Notes: a model not told the origin generated them from the sequence alone. Counted from the stretch's first letter, positions 20,728 through 31,905 are shown. The stretch is DNA of 64,000 bases from Propionibacteriaceae bacterium (GCA_905372155.1 CAJPNZ010000002.1:22955-86954), one strand, 5' to 3'. Numbers and translations: made by a program.

Positions 20728-21222
20728 TCAATTCAGGGGTGGCTCAGCGGACCACGGGAACACGATCCAACGGTCGGTGCGCCTCCAGCAGAAATCCGGA
20801 TTCACGATCGTGGTCGGCTTGGCGTAGAGCACCGCGCTTCGCACATCGGCCCCAAACCCACGCAGCAGTTTCACCACCAGCGAGAGGGTGCGCCCCGAGT
20901 CCGCAACATCGTCCACCACGAGAAGCTGCCTGCCTGCGATGGATTCGGTGTCCAGCATGGGGGCCAGAAGAACCGGATCGGGGAGGGTTTGTTCAACGTC
21001 GGTGTAGAACTCGACGTTGATGGCGTCGGTGAGTTTCACCCCGAGCCGATAGGTAAGCGCACCGGCCGGAATCATGCCTCCCCTGGCGATGGCGATGATC
21101 ACCGAAGGGCGGAAACCGGATTCGTGGACCTGGAGCGCGAGGTCGTCGGCGGCCTCCCCGACCCCTTCCCAGGTGAGCACTTCTCTACCTGCGTGGTCGC
21201 TGGCGTCGCCGTGGTAAACCAT
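20728..21222 (-). CDS. Phosphoribosyltransferase (type I)
   Basis: IARGG and the PRPP-binding motif LVVDDVADSGRT. Confidence 0.9.
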   Translation of the reverse strand: MVYHGDASDHAGREVLTWEGVGEAADDLALQVHESGFRPSVIIAIARGGMIPAGALTYRLGVKLTDAINVEFYTDVEQTLPDPVLLAPMLDTESIAGRQLLVVDDVADSGRTLSLVVKLLRGFGADVRSAVLYAKPTTIVNPDFCWRRTDRWIVFPWSAEPPLN

Positions 21223-21237
21223 GGCGGAATGTTACCG

Positions 21238-21735
21238 TCAGTCGAAGTGATGGGTGACGAACACAACGTCCAGCCAGCACCCGAATTTCCTGCCCACCTC
21301 TGACAGCACGGCCGACTCGACGAATCCCAGGCTCTTGTGAAAGGCCCGGGAGGCCGCGTTGTCCGCGTCCAGGACACCGATCATGACGTGAACCCCGCAA
21401 CCCTGGGCATGGTCGAGGAGAGCACCCAGCAGCATCCGACCGGCCCCGTTGGAACGGCTTCCTTCGGCCACGTAGACGGAGTGCTCAACGGTGTGGAGGT
21501 AGGCCGCCTTGTCGCGGAACGGGCCGTAACTGGCGAAGCCGACCACCCGGCCGTCCTCCTCGAGGACCAGCACGGGATGCCCTTGGTTCCGCAGCCGCTC
21601 GAACCAGGCGGTGCGCTCCTCGAGGGTGACCGGTTCGACGTCGTAGGAGGCGGTGGTGGCCACGCCGCTCTCGTTGTAGATCTCCACGATGGCCGGGAGG
21701 TCCTCATGACTGGCGGAGCGGATCACGGGAGGCAT
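21238..21735 (-). CDS. GNAT N-acetyltransferase (Pat/YncA-like)
   Basis: TVEHSVYV, GAGRMLL, NAASRAFHKSLGF, GRKFGCWLD. Confidence 0.9.
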   Translation of the reverse strand: MPPVIRSASHEDLPAIVEIYNESGVATTASYDVEPVTLEERTAWFERLRNQGHPVLVLEEDGRVVGFASYGPFRDKAAYLHTVEHSVYVAEGSRSNGAGRMLLGALLDHAQGCGVHVMIGVLDADNAASRAFHKSLGFVESAVLSEVGRKFGCWLDVVFVTHHFD

Positions 21736-22123
21736 GGATTCATACTAGAGGTCCCCACAGACCCCGCAACGACATCTCGAAGTCGGCAACCGAAAACAAT
21801 CGAGCACCCCCTCACCTGCGACCAGGACATTCCCATTCCCACCGGCAACGAGATGGACCCGAACAAACACGAAAGCCATCGTTTCCCAGGTTAACCTTTG
21901 GCCATTGTTGCCGCGCTCGTACGCACGTCTGGGTGCACCATGAACCCGATCACCGGCCTAGTCAGGCGACAGTGTCATCTCAAGCACGAGAAACCTCAGC
22001 ACCCGATTCGCGAAAGCGAATTACCGGAAGCCCGAGCAGACCACCACACTGCGCATACAATGGGCTTGACTCGGAAAATTCACCACCAACTCCATGTCGC
22101 ACACATCGAATTGGAGACCGAGC

Positions 22124-22714
22124 ATGAAACAGAAACCACACAGGTTCCTCGGCATCACGTCAACACTTCTGGCGCTCCTGACGCTGATGCCGTCAGCCTA
22201 CGCGGACCCCGCCAGCGAGACCCCAGCGCCGACTGCACCAGCCACCGCGACGACGAAAGATCCCGCACTCATCACCGAGATCGCCAACACCCTCAGGCGA
22301 AGCGATGCTCTGATGGCAACCTTCGCGAATGCCCCGAGCGAAGAAGTCACCCACCAGTACCTCGAGGCCTTCGCCTCCGCCATGACAATCGAGCAGGCAG
22401 AACAGTTCGTCGAGGTCACCAAGGACAAACATTTCGAGGTCACCGGCACCCGAGATGACGGACAACCGATGGTGGAGCTGACCGAAGGACCCCCTGAGGT
22501 TGATTCCACCAGCTCCGAGTCTTGCTGCAAATGCTGGCGAGCGCGAGTAGCCTTCATGGCTTGGTGGACCGCATTTTACTCAATCTGTGGCGGCGTTGGA
22601 GCCGAAGCCGGGGCAGCATTCCCGCCAGCTGCCGCGGGAGGCATCATTGCCGGCTGCAGCCTCGGAACAGCCATCATGGGGACCCTGCCCAATTTTGACG
22701 ATTCGTGCACGTAG
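22124..22714 (+). CDS. Secreted pro-protein with a Cys/Gly/Ala-rich hydrophobic C-terminal domain (putative pro-bacteriocin)
   Basis: Sec signal ending SAYA-D; acidic pro-region; C-terminus CCKCWRARVAFMAWW...CGGVGAEAGAA...GIIAGCSLG...DSCT. GGAG RBS upstream. Confidence 0.6.
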   Translation: MKQKPHRFLGITSTLLALLTLMPSAYADPASETPAPTAPATATTKDPALITEIANTLRRSDALMATFANAPSEEVTHQYLEAFASAMTIEQAEQFVEVTKDKHFEVTGTRDDGQPMVELTEGPPEVDSTSSESCCKCWRARVAFMAWWTAFYSICGGVGAEAGAAFPPAAAGGIIAGCSLGTAIMGTLPNFDDSCT

Positions 22715-22726
22715 AGCAGCTGAGCG

Positions 22727-22978
22727 ATGAAATTTTCCAGAGAAACAAGGGGCGACATCTGGGCTGTTGTGATAGCAATCGTTGGCTCCTGGGTTGCGAT
22801 CGGCATTGTCGCATGGTTCGTTCCCGGTTTCTACCAGCCATTTTGGATCATGGTTTTCACACCGATCCCGGGCACACTGGGCTTGCTCCTCGGAATACGT
22901 TGGCGTCGACAACACTCCCAAGACACAGAAAACTCCAGCAAGGCCGATATTCCTGACAGCAAAAACGGGAAGCAATGA
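22727..22978 (+). CDS. Small 2-TM membrane protein (candidate immunity protein)
   Basis: 83 aa, two hydrophobic helices and a charged tail. Starts 12 nt after the pro-bacteriocin-like gene. Confidence 0.55.
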   Translation: MKFSRETRGDIWAVVIAIVGSWVAIGIVAWFVPGFYQPFWIMVFTPIPGTLGLLLGIRWRRQHSQDTENSSKADIPDSKNGKQ

Positions 22979-23064
22979 TCTGCGATGCCACGTCTCCTGG
23001 GCTCCAGTTGTTCTCCGAGAAGACCCGTAAACATTTCCTTGGAGAAGATCTGATCCACCGCATC

Positions 23065-23105
23065 GGTCTCCGTGGCCCCCGGGATGACCGGGGACCACGG
23101 AGACC
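23065..23105. terminator. Stem-loop between convergent genes
   Basis: GGTCTCCGTGG...CCACGGAGACC inverted repeat followed by AGTTTT. Confidence 0.65.
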
Positions 23106-23143
23106 AGTTTTCTCCGGGCCGGGAGCAGCGCTCCCGCACAGGG

Positions 23144-25802
23144 TTATTCGGGGCGCAGCGTCAGGGTGTCCCGTGTCGCCGCGGCGACAGCTTCACGACT
23201 GAAGGGCCAGTCGAAGAACTCACCCGTGGCCCAGGCCTCGAGTTGGTCCGCGACGTGTGACGACCACGGGTGACCGGAGCTTCCCGAGGAAATCACCCGC
23301 CGGGCCCGGTCGACGTCGCTCAGATCCACCGCCATGCGCATGGAGGGATCCCCCCACCACCTCGTAGTCCACCTGTCCATTGTCCTTGACGCTCTCGTCA
23401 TAGCTGTTTGCATTGGGAATTTCGGGCCCACCGCCGACTGCCCGTGGTTTCCGGCGGAAGTGGTCCCTGATGAACCCGGGAAGCTCCTCGCCTTCCAGGA
23501 TCTGGTGCCTCGAAGTCTGGACGTGGAGGCCGCCCCACCGCCACGTGGTGTGATCCCGGCTCAATCGGGCGGTCAGCTCGGCGTCGGTCTCGGCGTAGGC
23601 GCGGCGCATGATCTGAGCTGTATCCTCCACCTCTGAGGTGTTCTTGTCATCCCACAGTGGGTTCTGGGGTTCTGAGATCAGTCTCCCCAGCAACCGGGTC
23701 GATGGGTACCCCCGTCGTCCGCCAAGGCCGCATTGCTGAGGTGCGAGAAGAGCGATGCCATGATCATCGCCCCGGCTCATCAACGGCGTAATGGCCGCCC
23801 CGTTCGTACCAGCGGGTCAGTTCCGATTGCAGTTCTTCGTGGCGTTCATCGTTCAGCTCCACCGCGGTCAGGGCGGGGGCGAGCTCCTGGGCCGGCGGTG
23901 CCATCGAGGAGCATGATCTTCGGTGCTTCCTCTAGCGTGACGGGGCCCTGCGCTGCGAGTTGCGCGATGGCGTCGTATATCTGCTGGGAACGATAGCCCG
24001 CAACATAGTGAGAACCGAGGTAGGGTCCGCTGGCCTCGGGCGTGATCGGCTGGTTTGCCGGGGCGATGATCCCGTCTGCCGGGTTGAGCACGACCGGCAT
24101 GCCCGGGGGGGCGTAGAACCCCTACCAATTGTAGCTGGAGTCCCAGCCGGGGCGCGGCCATCGGCCCCAGGTTGTCCGCCTCGTGGGCGACAACCGCCCC
24201 GCCCGTCGGCTGGGGCCTTGACCGGTCTCACCGGGTACTTGCCCGGGGCCTGGTAGCCGATGTCACCAGAGGCAGTGGCGAACAGGATGTTCTCCGCCGG
24301 ATTCGCCATCAGGGCCGCCGCTGCCGAGACCTCCTCGGCATTCGTGGCGCGGCCGAGCGCGAAGAAAGACTCACCGGTTTTGTCGGGCATCAGTGCGGTC
24401 CACTGCAGGGCCACCGAGAGATTCTCCGACGCACCGGGAACCGGCCTGAACTGTTCGTCCGGCGCGAGCAGCCCGGAGACGACGGGACCGTGCACCGAGG
24501 TCCGCACCCGAATCTCGACGTCCTCGCCGCCAGCAACCCGGATCGTCTCGGTACGGGTCTGATAGGCGAGACACCTGCCGTCGCGTTGGTAGAAATTCTC
24601 GCCGACGTTCTTCTCGACCACCAGGTCGCTGACGTCACCGCCAAGATTGGTCAGGCCCCAGACCAGGTCAGCATTGCGCCCGATCATGATTCCCGGTATG
24701 CCGGCCATGGAGAACCCGGAGACACCGAAGGTGCATTCCCCGTTCAGCTGCTCGCAGTGCAGACCGACCTGGAACCAGACCGAGGGGTAGGCGATCTGGA
24801 GGTGGGGGTCGTTGCCGATGACGGGTTTCCCGGAGGCGGTGTGCTGCCCCGAGATCACGAAGGAGTTCGATCCGACCGCCGGGCCGTCGCCCAGCAGATG
24901 CGGCATGGCCTCCATCGCCTGCTGGACGCTCTGGAGCGCCCCGATGGTGTCGCCGGAACTCATCGAGGGCGTTTCGCCGCCGGTCTCGGACGACTGCGAA
25001 AGGAACTGATCGGGCTCGGGACAGTCCTCGGGATTCGTTTCCTGGGTTTCCAGCGGCAGCGGATCGGCCACCGGATAGTCGGCACGTGGCCGCAGATTGT
25101 TTTCCGTCGTTTCCTGCCCGATGATCGGCCTGCGTTTCTCCTCCTCGGCCTTCGGAAACAGTTCCTCCACCGCCACCGGAGTACCCAGTTTCTGAAGGTA
25201 CCCCATGCGTTCGACCTCGACCCCAAAGCTCCCGCTCAGGTCCCGGGCCATGGCTTTGAGCCAGACCAGCGAATCAATGCTGGTCCACGGCTCGATGTCG
25301 GCAACAGGCAGACTCAAGCCCAGCACGGCGTACTCATTGGCCAGCTGCCACGGTTGCTTTCCCGATATGTAGATAGGCCTCGTAGAATCCGCGGGCCTCA
25401 TCCGACAGCAGTTCCCACTCCTTTTCCGCCACCTGGCGCCATCCCATGGTGCGCACCGTGATATCCGATTCCTTCCCGGACTCCCCCACGAGTTCCTCCA
25501 GTCGCCCTAAGGCCATGTGGCGCGACAGGTCCATCTGGAAGAAACGTTCCTGGGCATGCACGTATCCCTGCGCGAAAAACAGGTCGTGGTCGGTGGTGGC
25601 ATAGATGTGGAGTACGGCCCGGTGGTCGCGCAACACCCTGATCTCGGCACGTGGTCCGCTCAGGATGACCTCGCCAGAGTGTTTCGGCAGAGGTCCTCTC
25701 AGCACCACGATCACAGCAACGGCCGCCACCAGGATCAGGGGCAACGGCAACTCCGAGCACGGTGAAAAGCACTCGGCGGAAAGTTCTCTTTTTCTTTGAC
25801 AT
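23144..25802 (-). pseudogene. Penicillin acylase (Ntn-hydrolase, S45) family gene with multiple frameshifts
   Basis: Pieces lie in different frames: signal MSKKKRTFRRVL, FAQGYVHAQERFFQMD, catalytic GSNSFVISG..NDPHL, NPADGIIAPANQ, PSMRMAVDL, SGHPWSSH.ADQ. Confidence 0.88.
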
Positions 25803-26074
25803 GTCTCGTCTCCCAGAGAGGTATCTTCGATCCCCTCCCCCGCTCCCCACATATGTGGCCGGAACCCACGAGAACGTTATTGTCTTCCGTTGTGGCCAGA
25901 CATCCGCCCGTGGTCAACTACCTCGTCAGGGCCTTCCCCTACTTGCCCCGTACGGGTTCTTCACGTGCTGTGGCGAACGTTCGATGGTTGGAAGAAAAGT
26001 CCATTAGCGGTGTTGGTCCTCCAGACGCACTCCGCACGTTCGGTGATCCGTGTCCCGCCGCTCATCACCACCGA

Positions 26075-27223
26075 CTACGCCTTCGCAGCCTTTTCCGCAG
26101 AGGCCCAGCCCGCCAGGTCGCCCCTGTTGATCGCGAGGGCGATCATCTCCGGGAAGGCGTCGGGGGTGCAGGCGAATGACGGGATTCCCATGGCGGCCAG
26201 GCTGCCCGCCACGTCGTGGTTGTAACCGGGGGTGCCGTCGTCGTCGAGGGCCAGCAGGGTCACCATCGTGACACCCTGCCGCTGGAACTGGCCCATCCGG
26301 CGCAGCATCTGTTCGGGGTTGAAGTCGTAGAGATCGCTGATGAGGACCATCACCGTCTCGCGGGGGCGCTGCACCAGGTGTTCGCAGTACGCGAGGGCCT
26401 TGCTGGTGTCCGTGCCGCCGCCGAGCTGGGTGCCGAAGATGACGTCGACGGGGTCGCTGAGCTGATCGGTGAGGTCCACGACCGATGTGTCGTAGACCAC
26501 GAGGCGAGTTTTCACCGCCTTGATGGAGGCCAGCACGGCCGCGAAGATACTGGCGTAGACCACTGACGTCGCCATGGAACCCGACTGGTCGACCACCAGC
26601 ACGATCTCCCGCTGGAAACCGGTCTGTTTGCGGCCGTAGCCGATGAGGCGCTCGGGCACTACGGTGTTCAGTTCGGGAAGGTAGTTACCCAGGTTCGCCG
26701 CGATCGTTCGTGACCAGTTGATGTCGTTCAGGCGGGGCCGGTTGGTGCGGGCGGCCCGGTTCAGCGCGCCCCGGACCGCTTGCTGCACCTTGTCGGCGAG
26801 TTTCTCCTCCACCTGCTTGACCACCCGGGCCACGACCTCGCGGGCGCTGGCCCTGGCCTTCTGCGGCATGACCCGTCCCAGGCCGGCCAGGGTGGCCACC
26901 AGGTGCACGTCGGCCTCGACGGTCTCAAGCATCTCCGGTTCCAGCAGCAGCTGCTTGAGACCCAGCCGGTCGATGGCATCGGCCTGCATCACCTGCACCA
27001 CCCGCGACGGGAAATAGGTGCGGATGTCACCGAGCCACCGCGCCACCCTCGGTGCCGAGGCACCGAGCCCGGCATGTCGTTTCTGTCCGTCGCCGCTCTG
27101 GTTGTCGTAGAGGGCGGCCAGGGCGGCATCCATGGCGGCATCCTGCCGGGACAGGGTTTCTTCGGTGCCCTCCGGGGCGGTCCCCAGAAGCAGCCGCCAG
27201 CGCCGGTTGCGTTCGTCGTTCAT
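26075..27223 (-). CDS. VWA-domain protein (YehP/CoxE-like)
   Basis: MIDAS motif DQSGS, GGGTD, ISDLY; N-terminal RRWRLLLG. Confidence 0.88.
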   Translation of the reverse strand: MNDERNRRWRLLLGTAPEGTEETLSRQDAAMDAALAALYDNQSGDGQKRHAGLGASAPRVARWLGDIRTYFPSRVVQVMQADAIDRLGLKQLLLEPEMLETVEADVHLVATLAGLGRVMPQKARASAREVVARVVKQVEEKLADKVQQAVRGALNRAARTNRPRLNDINWSRTIAANLGNYLPELNTVVPERLIGYGRKQTGFQREIVLVVDQSGSMATSVVYASIFAAVLASIKAVKTRLVVYDTSVVDLTDQLSDPVDVIFGTQLGGGTDTSKALAYCEHLVQRPRETVMVLISDLYDFNPEQMLRRMGQFQRQGVTMVTLLALDDDGTPGYNHDVAGSLAAMGIPSFACTPDAFPEMIALAINRGDLAGWASAEKAAKA

Positions 27224-29358
27224 CGTGCGCTCTCCAGAATCTCGTCGACGGTTGCGAGCACCGCCGCGAACTCGGTCAGGTCCAGTTCCTCCTCGGCCAC
27301 CGGACAGGCTCCGTCGAGGTTCGCGACCTTCCCCGCCAGGGCCTGCCGTTCGGGCCGTTCCCAGCCGCCGAAAGCCCGCCGGACCACCGGGAGCACGTCG
27401 GTGAACGATTCATCCGACAACCCCATCACCCAGGTGTCAAACACCTTCAGCAGGGCCGGGGAGTGGAGCAGCAGCAACGAGCTGCCCGACAGCACCCCCT
27501 CGGCCCAGGCCGCCTGCTCACCCGGCGCGTGGCCTCCCGACAGGGCCAGCGACAGCCGCTGCTGCACCTCGTCGACTCCCAGGTCACCGCCGTCGAACAG
27601 CAGCCTGACTAGGCGTCCTGCCAGCAGACCGGGAAGGTCGTGGCGATCGGCTGCGGCCAGCAGCGTGTTCCGCCACAGCTGTTGGGCTTGTTCTCCGAGC
27701 AGCCCGACTGCGGCGTTCGCCTTGTCGATCAGCCTCCGGTACCGGTCGGCTGCTTCCGGCGCCAACCCGCCCAGGGCAACGGGAAAACCCGCGCAGGCGC
27801 GCCCCAGGAGGGCCGCGACCACATCCCCCAGGCGCCCGGTGTCGGTGCCGCGCACGTCACCGTAGCGATACGCCTGCACGAGATCGGGAAGCGCCTCCAG
27901 CAGCCGCGCGACGTCGGTCTCGGCCGCCGCCCGGACGTCCAGGAGCCGCAGCAGTTCGGGCATGGCCGCGGGCAGGTCGGCGGCCAGCGCCCCGTTCACG
28001 CCCCGAGTCACCCCGGCCAGGTCGCCGACGTCGTCCAGCAGCCGGGCCGCCGCGGCAGCCTCAACGGTGTTGCCCCAGCGCGACGCGTCCACCACGGCGA
28101 TGGAGAGTTCCGGTTCCCACAGCAGACGCCAGGTTTCCTTGAAGGTGCCGGTGCCGGAACTTCCTGCGGGTGTGCCCCAGTCGATGCCGAGGATCCTCAG
28201 GCGCCTGAGGAAACAGGATCTGGCAAGACCGCTCTCCTTGCGCAGGTCGAGGTCGAGCTCCTTCTCAGCGGCCTCCTGTTTTAGCCTGAGCCGCCGCGCG
28301 GTCGCCGTTAGGTCCGCGTCGAACGGGGTGCGGGGCACGTCGTCGGGCACCTCCCCGAGCAGTTCACCGACGATCGCCTCCCGGGTGACCAGGTCGAGGG
28401 CCAGGTCGCTTCCCTCGCACAGCACCGCCAGGGTGGCCTCCTGTACCTCGGACAGCCCGGGCATGGGACGGCCGCGCAGCACTGCGAGGGCATCGGCCAG
28501 CCGGATGCCCTCGATGACGTGTGCGGACGAGGTGGGCAGGTCGTGTTCACGCAGCACGGCTCCGACGTGGGTCAGCCAGCGTTCAACGGGACGGTCGGGG
28601 GCGGCGAACAGGTGGTGGTACCAGCCGGGGGAACGAACCCCGGCCCCGTAACCGGAGGAGGCGGCCAGCCTGCCGTGGGACCACGGCACCCAGGTGAGTT
28701 GGGTTTTCACCTTCGGCAGCTGTTTCAGCAGCGCGTTGTCGTCGGCCACCTTCACCTTCGCGGTCAGCGCCGGGACGTGATAGGCCCCGCACACCACCGC
28801 GATCTTCTCGTGGGCGCGTTTCGCCGTTCGCAGCGCCTTGCACATGTGTGCCTCGCGCAGCAGGGTCTCCTCGTCGTCGCCACCGTTCTCGCGGACTGCG
28901 GCCATGGCCTCTGCGATCACATCGAAGACGTTCTCGTCGCGCTGCTCGACGAGGTCCTCCCACCAACGTTCCGGATCGTCGTACCCGGCGGCCCCGGCCA
29001 GCAGGCCCAGCGGATCCGATTCCACCGTGCGTTCCTCCCTGGAGCGGGCGAGGCCGAGCGAGCTGGGAAGGTCGATGAACGACGCGGCCCGGGAGTTGCG
29101 GGCGGCCCAGTCGAGGGCCTGCCATTCGGGTGAGAAGGTGGCGAACGGCCAGAACGCGGCCCGGGATGGCTCGCCGATCACCCACGCCAGCAGCGCTACC
29201 GGGGGTTTCAGACCGGCCACGTGGGAGACCATCGCGTCGGCGTCCGCGGGTCCCTCGATGAGGATCGCATCGGGGGCGAAGTCATCGAGGGCGCGCAGCA
29301 GCGACCGGGCCGATCCCGGTCCGTGATGACGGATCCCGTAGATCCGGATCTCGCTCAT
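27220..29358 (-). CDS. DUF5682 / YehM-like protein
   Basis: GIRHHGPGSA, ILIEGP, PFATFSPEWQA, VCGAYH, GYGAG. Confidence 0.82.
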   Translation of the reverse strand: MSEIRIYGIRHHGPGSARSLLRALDDFAPDAILIEGPADADAMVSHVAGLKPPVALLAWVIGEPSRAAFWPFATFSPEWQALDWAARNSRAASFIDLPSSLGLARSREERTVESDPLGLLAGAAGYDDPERWWEDLVEQRDENVFDVIAEAMAAVRENGGDDEETLLREAHMCKALRTAKRAHEKIAVVCGAYHVPALTAKVKVADDNALLKQLPKVKTQLTWVPWSHGRLAASSGYGAGVRSPGWYHHLFAAPDRPVERWLTHVGAVLREHDLPTSSAHVIEGIRLADALAVLRGRPMPGLSEVQEATLAVLCEGSDLALDLVTREAIVGELLGEVPDDVPRTPFDADLTATARRLRLKQEAAEKELDLDLRKESGLARSCFLRRLRILGIDWGTPAGSSGTGTFKETWRLLWEPELSIAVVDASRWGNTVEAAAAARLLDDVGDLAGVTRGVNGALAADLPAAMPELLRLLDVRAAAETDVARLLEALPDLVQAYRYGDVRGTDTGRLGDVVAALLGRACAGFPVALGGLAPEAADRYRRLIDKANAAVGLLGEQAQQLWRNTLLAAADRHDLPGLLAGRLVRLLFDGGDLGVDEVQQRLSLALSGGHAPGEQAAWAEGVLSGSSLLLLHSPALLKVFDTWVMGLSDESFTDVLPVVRRAFGGWERPERQALAGKVANLDGACPVAEEELDLTEFAAVLATVDEILESAR

Positions 29359-29371
29359 GGACGGTCCTCGA

Positions 29372-30457
29372 TCACCGCGCCACCTGGCGGCAGGCCCGGT
29401 AGAAATCCTTCCAGCCGGCGCGTTCCCGCACCACCGTCTGGAGATACTCCTGCCAGATCACCTGGTCGGCCACCGGATCCTTCACAACCGCTCCGACGAT
29501 GCCCGCCGCGACGTCCTCGGCGCGCAGCACACCGTCGCCGAAGTGCGCGGCCAGCGCCAGCCCGTTGGTCACCACCGAGATCGCCTCGGCGGCGCTGAGG
29601 GTGGCGGACGGGGTTTTCAGGGAGGTTTTGTTGTCCTCGGTGTGTCCCTGCCGCAGTTCCCGGAAAACCGTCACGACGCGCCGGATCTCGGCGATCGCGT
29701 CGGTGGCCTCGGGCAGCTCAAGGGAACGTCCCAGTTCGGCGACACGCTTGGTGACGATCCTGAGTTCCTCCTCGGCGCTCGAGGGCAGCGGCAGCACGAC
29801 GGTGTTGAAACGGCGCCGCAGCGCGCTGGAGAGGTCGTTGACGCCGCGGTCCCGGTCGTTGGCGGTGGCGATCAGGTTGAACCCGGCGCGGGCCTGCACC
29901 TCCATGCCCAGCTCCGGCACGGGCAACGTCTTCTCGCTGAGGGTGGTGATCATGCCGTCCTGGACATCAGATGGCATCCGGGTGAGTTCCTCGACCCGGG
30001 CGATGGCGCCACGCCCCATCGCGGTCATGATCGGCGAGGGCACCAGCGCCGCCTCCGAGGGTCCCTCCGCGAGCAGGCGGGCGTAGTTCCAGCCGTAGCG
30101 CACGGCCTCCTCGGCGGTGCCCGCGGTGCCCTGCACCAGCAGCGTCGAGTCGCCCGAGACCGCCGCCGCCAGGTGCTCGGAGACCCACGACTTGGCGGTG
30201 CCCGGCACGCCCAGCAGCAGCAGCGCCCGGTCGGTGGCGAGCGTGGCCACTGCGACCTCGATCAGCCGCTGGTTGCCCACGTATTTCGGGGTGATCTGTG
30301 TGCCGTCGGGCAGGGTTGCGCCCATCAGGTACTGAACCACCGCCCAGGGCGAGAGCCGCCAGTTAGCCGGGCGCGGTTTGTCGTCGATCTTCGCCAGGGC
30401 GTCGAGTTCGTGGGCGAAGGCCTGTTCGGCGTGTGGGCGAAGCACGGTCTCGGTCAT
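29372..30457 (-). CDS. MoxR-type AAA+ ATPase (YehL-like)
   Basis: Walker A GVPGTAKS, RVEELTR, ATANDRDRGVNDLSSALRRRF. Start at ATG 30457. Confidence 0.9.
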   Translation of the reverse strand: MTETVLRPHAEQAFAHELDALAKIDDKPRPANWRLSPWAVVQYLMGATLPDGTQITPKYVGNQRLIEVAVATLATDRALLLLGVPGTAKSWVSEHLAAAVSGDSTLLVQGTAGTAEEAVRYGWNYARLLAEGPSEAALVPSPIMTAMGRGAIARVEELTRMPSDVQDGMITTLSEKTLPVPELGMEVQARAGFNLIATANDRDRGVNDLSSALRRRFNTVVLPLPSSAEEELRIVTKRVAELGRSLELPEATDAIAEIRRVVTVFRELRQGHTEDNKTSLKTPSATLSAAEAISVVTNGLALAAHFGDGVLRAEDVAAGIVGAVVKDPVADQVIWQEYLQTVVRERAGWKDFYRACRQVAR

Positions 30458-31905
30458 CTGGGCTCCTTGGTGTGGGCGATGGATTCGTGGATGCTCTGGC
30501 GCAGGGTCAGGGCGGCTACGGCGTCGCGTACGGCGCGCCGACCGGGCTGGGGAATGTCGGGGTCCCCGTTGAGTGCTGTGATGCGGGGCAGCAGTTCGGG
30601 AATGTCCCGGGGATCGGTCGAGAACGCCAGGAGTTGGGTTGCGGCCTGGTGGACACCGGACTTGGCTTTCACGCAGGCCCGGATGCCGTCCAGAACGGCA
30701 CCGGCCGCCCCGGGACCGAGACGCAGCTCGTCCTGTTGCTGCAACCGGTGACACAGATCAGGGAATTGCTTGGGTGCGGTGTTGTGGATCGCATCCGCCA
30801 GGAAGGCGTCGCGGGTCGCGGGGGGCAGGAGCAGCGCGAGGGCCGGTTCGGGATGCTCATCGAGCAGCTCACGGGCGGCATCGGCATCACCCCAGCGGAG
30901 CACGGCGCTGGTCAGGGCCGGGAAGAGCGGAACCGGCTCGTCGTCCAGCAGCACACCGGGGGCGAGTTCGCGGACGCTGAGCCCCAGCTCCGCCCAGCAT
31001 TTCGGCGGTACCACCGCAACGAGGTGCTGCACCCGCCCGGCGGGGCCCTTGACGCCGCTGATCGATGCGACAACGGCGTGGAGGTCGGCTGCCAGTTCCT
31101 TCTCGGGCGGTGCGACGGCGACGATGGAACGTTTCGGGGCACGCAGTTTCCCGAGCAGCCCCTTCCGGGGTTTCTCCACCCGGGTGAAGCTGGCGCGGGC
31201 CAGCCCGACCGCGCGGGCCAGGTAGGCCGAACCTTCGAGCTGGGCCAGCAGCCCCGCCGCGACCCCCGCAACCGTCTTGGAGCGGTCCTTCAGGAACCGC
31301 TCCAGCAGTTCCTCGTCTTCCGGTCCCAGACCCACTTCCAGGGCCGCGATGATCTGGGCCCGGTCCGCCGCCTTCTCCTTCCGGGTCTGTTCGACCAGTT
31401 CCCGTCCTGCAGCGGAATCGGCGGCGCGCAGGTGTCGCAGCCACGCGAGGCGCTCGGGGAGGTTTCCCTCGTCCCAGTCCGACGGTTCCGGTCCGGCCAC
31501 GGCCCGGCCCCTCAGCCAGGCGTCGCCGAGCCCCACCAGCCAGCGGCCCCTAGAACCCAACACTGCGGGAAGCCGGGCCGCGATGTGCCGGTTGCCCTCG
31601 GCTATCTCGAGCAGCGGGACGATGAGCCGGGTGGGCAGCACCAGTCCCGCTTCGGCGAGAAGCTCCAACGCCTCGAGCAGGATCGGGTCGCGCATGGCCG
31701 GGGGACGGGCGCGAACCGCGTTCATCGTGGTGACGAACGCGCTCGGGGGCTGGTTGGGTTCCTGCGCCGGCGCGGGCGAGCGCACCGCCAGCTCTCGGGT
31801 GGGAACATGGGCGCGGTGCACGCAGGCCTGCCGGGCTGCGTGGTCGAGAAGATCCGGTTCGGGGCCACCCACCAGGGAAACGGCGATGAGCTGGGCGGGT
31901 TTCAC
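30454..31905 (-). CDS. DUF5691-like protein
   Basis: LGSRGRWL and LEVGLGPEDEELLERFLKDRSKTV; overlapping start/stop codons within the operon. Confidence 0.7.
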   Translation of the reverse strand: MKPAQLIAVSLVGGPEPDLLDHAARQACVHRAHVPTRELAVRSPAPAQEPNQPPSAFVTTMNAVRARPPAMRDPILLEALELLAEAGLVLPTRLIVPLLEIAEGNRHIAARLPAVLGSRGRWLVGLGDAWLRGRAVAGPEPSDWDEGNLPERLAWLRHLRAADSAAGRELVEQTRKEKAADRAQIIAALEVGLGPEDEELLERFLKDRSKTVAGVAAGLLAQLEGSAYLARAVGLARASFTRVEKPRKGLLGKLRAPKRSIVAVAPPEKELAADLHAVVASISGVKGPAGRVQHLVAVVPPKCWAELGLSVRELAPGVLLDDEPVPLFPALTSAVLRWGDADAARELLDEHPEPALALLLPPATRDAFLADAIHNTAPKQFPDLCHRLQQQDELRLGPGAAGAVLDGIRACVKAKSGVHQAATQLLAFSTDPRDIPELLPRITALNGDPDIPQPGRRAVRDAVAALTLRQSIHESIAHTKEPR

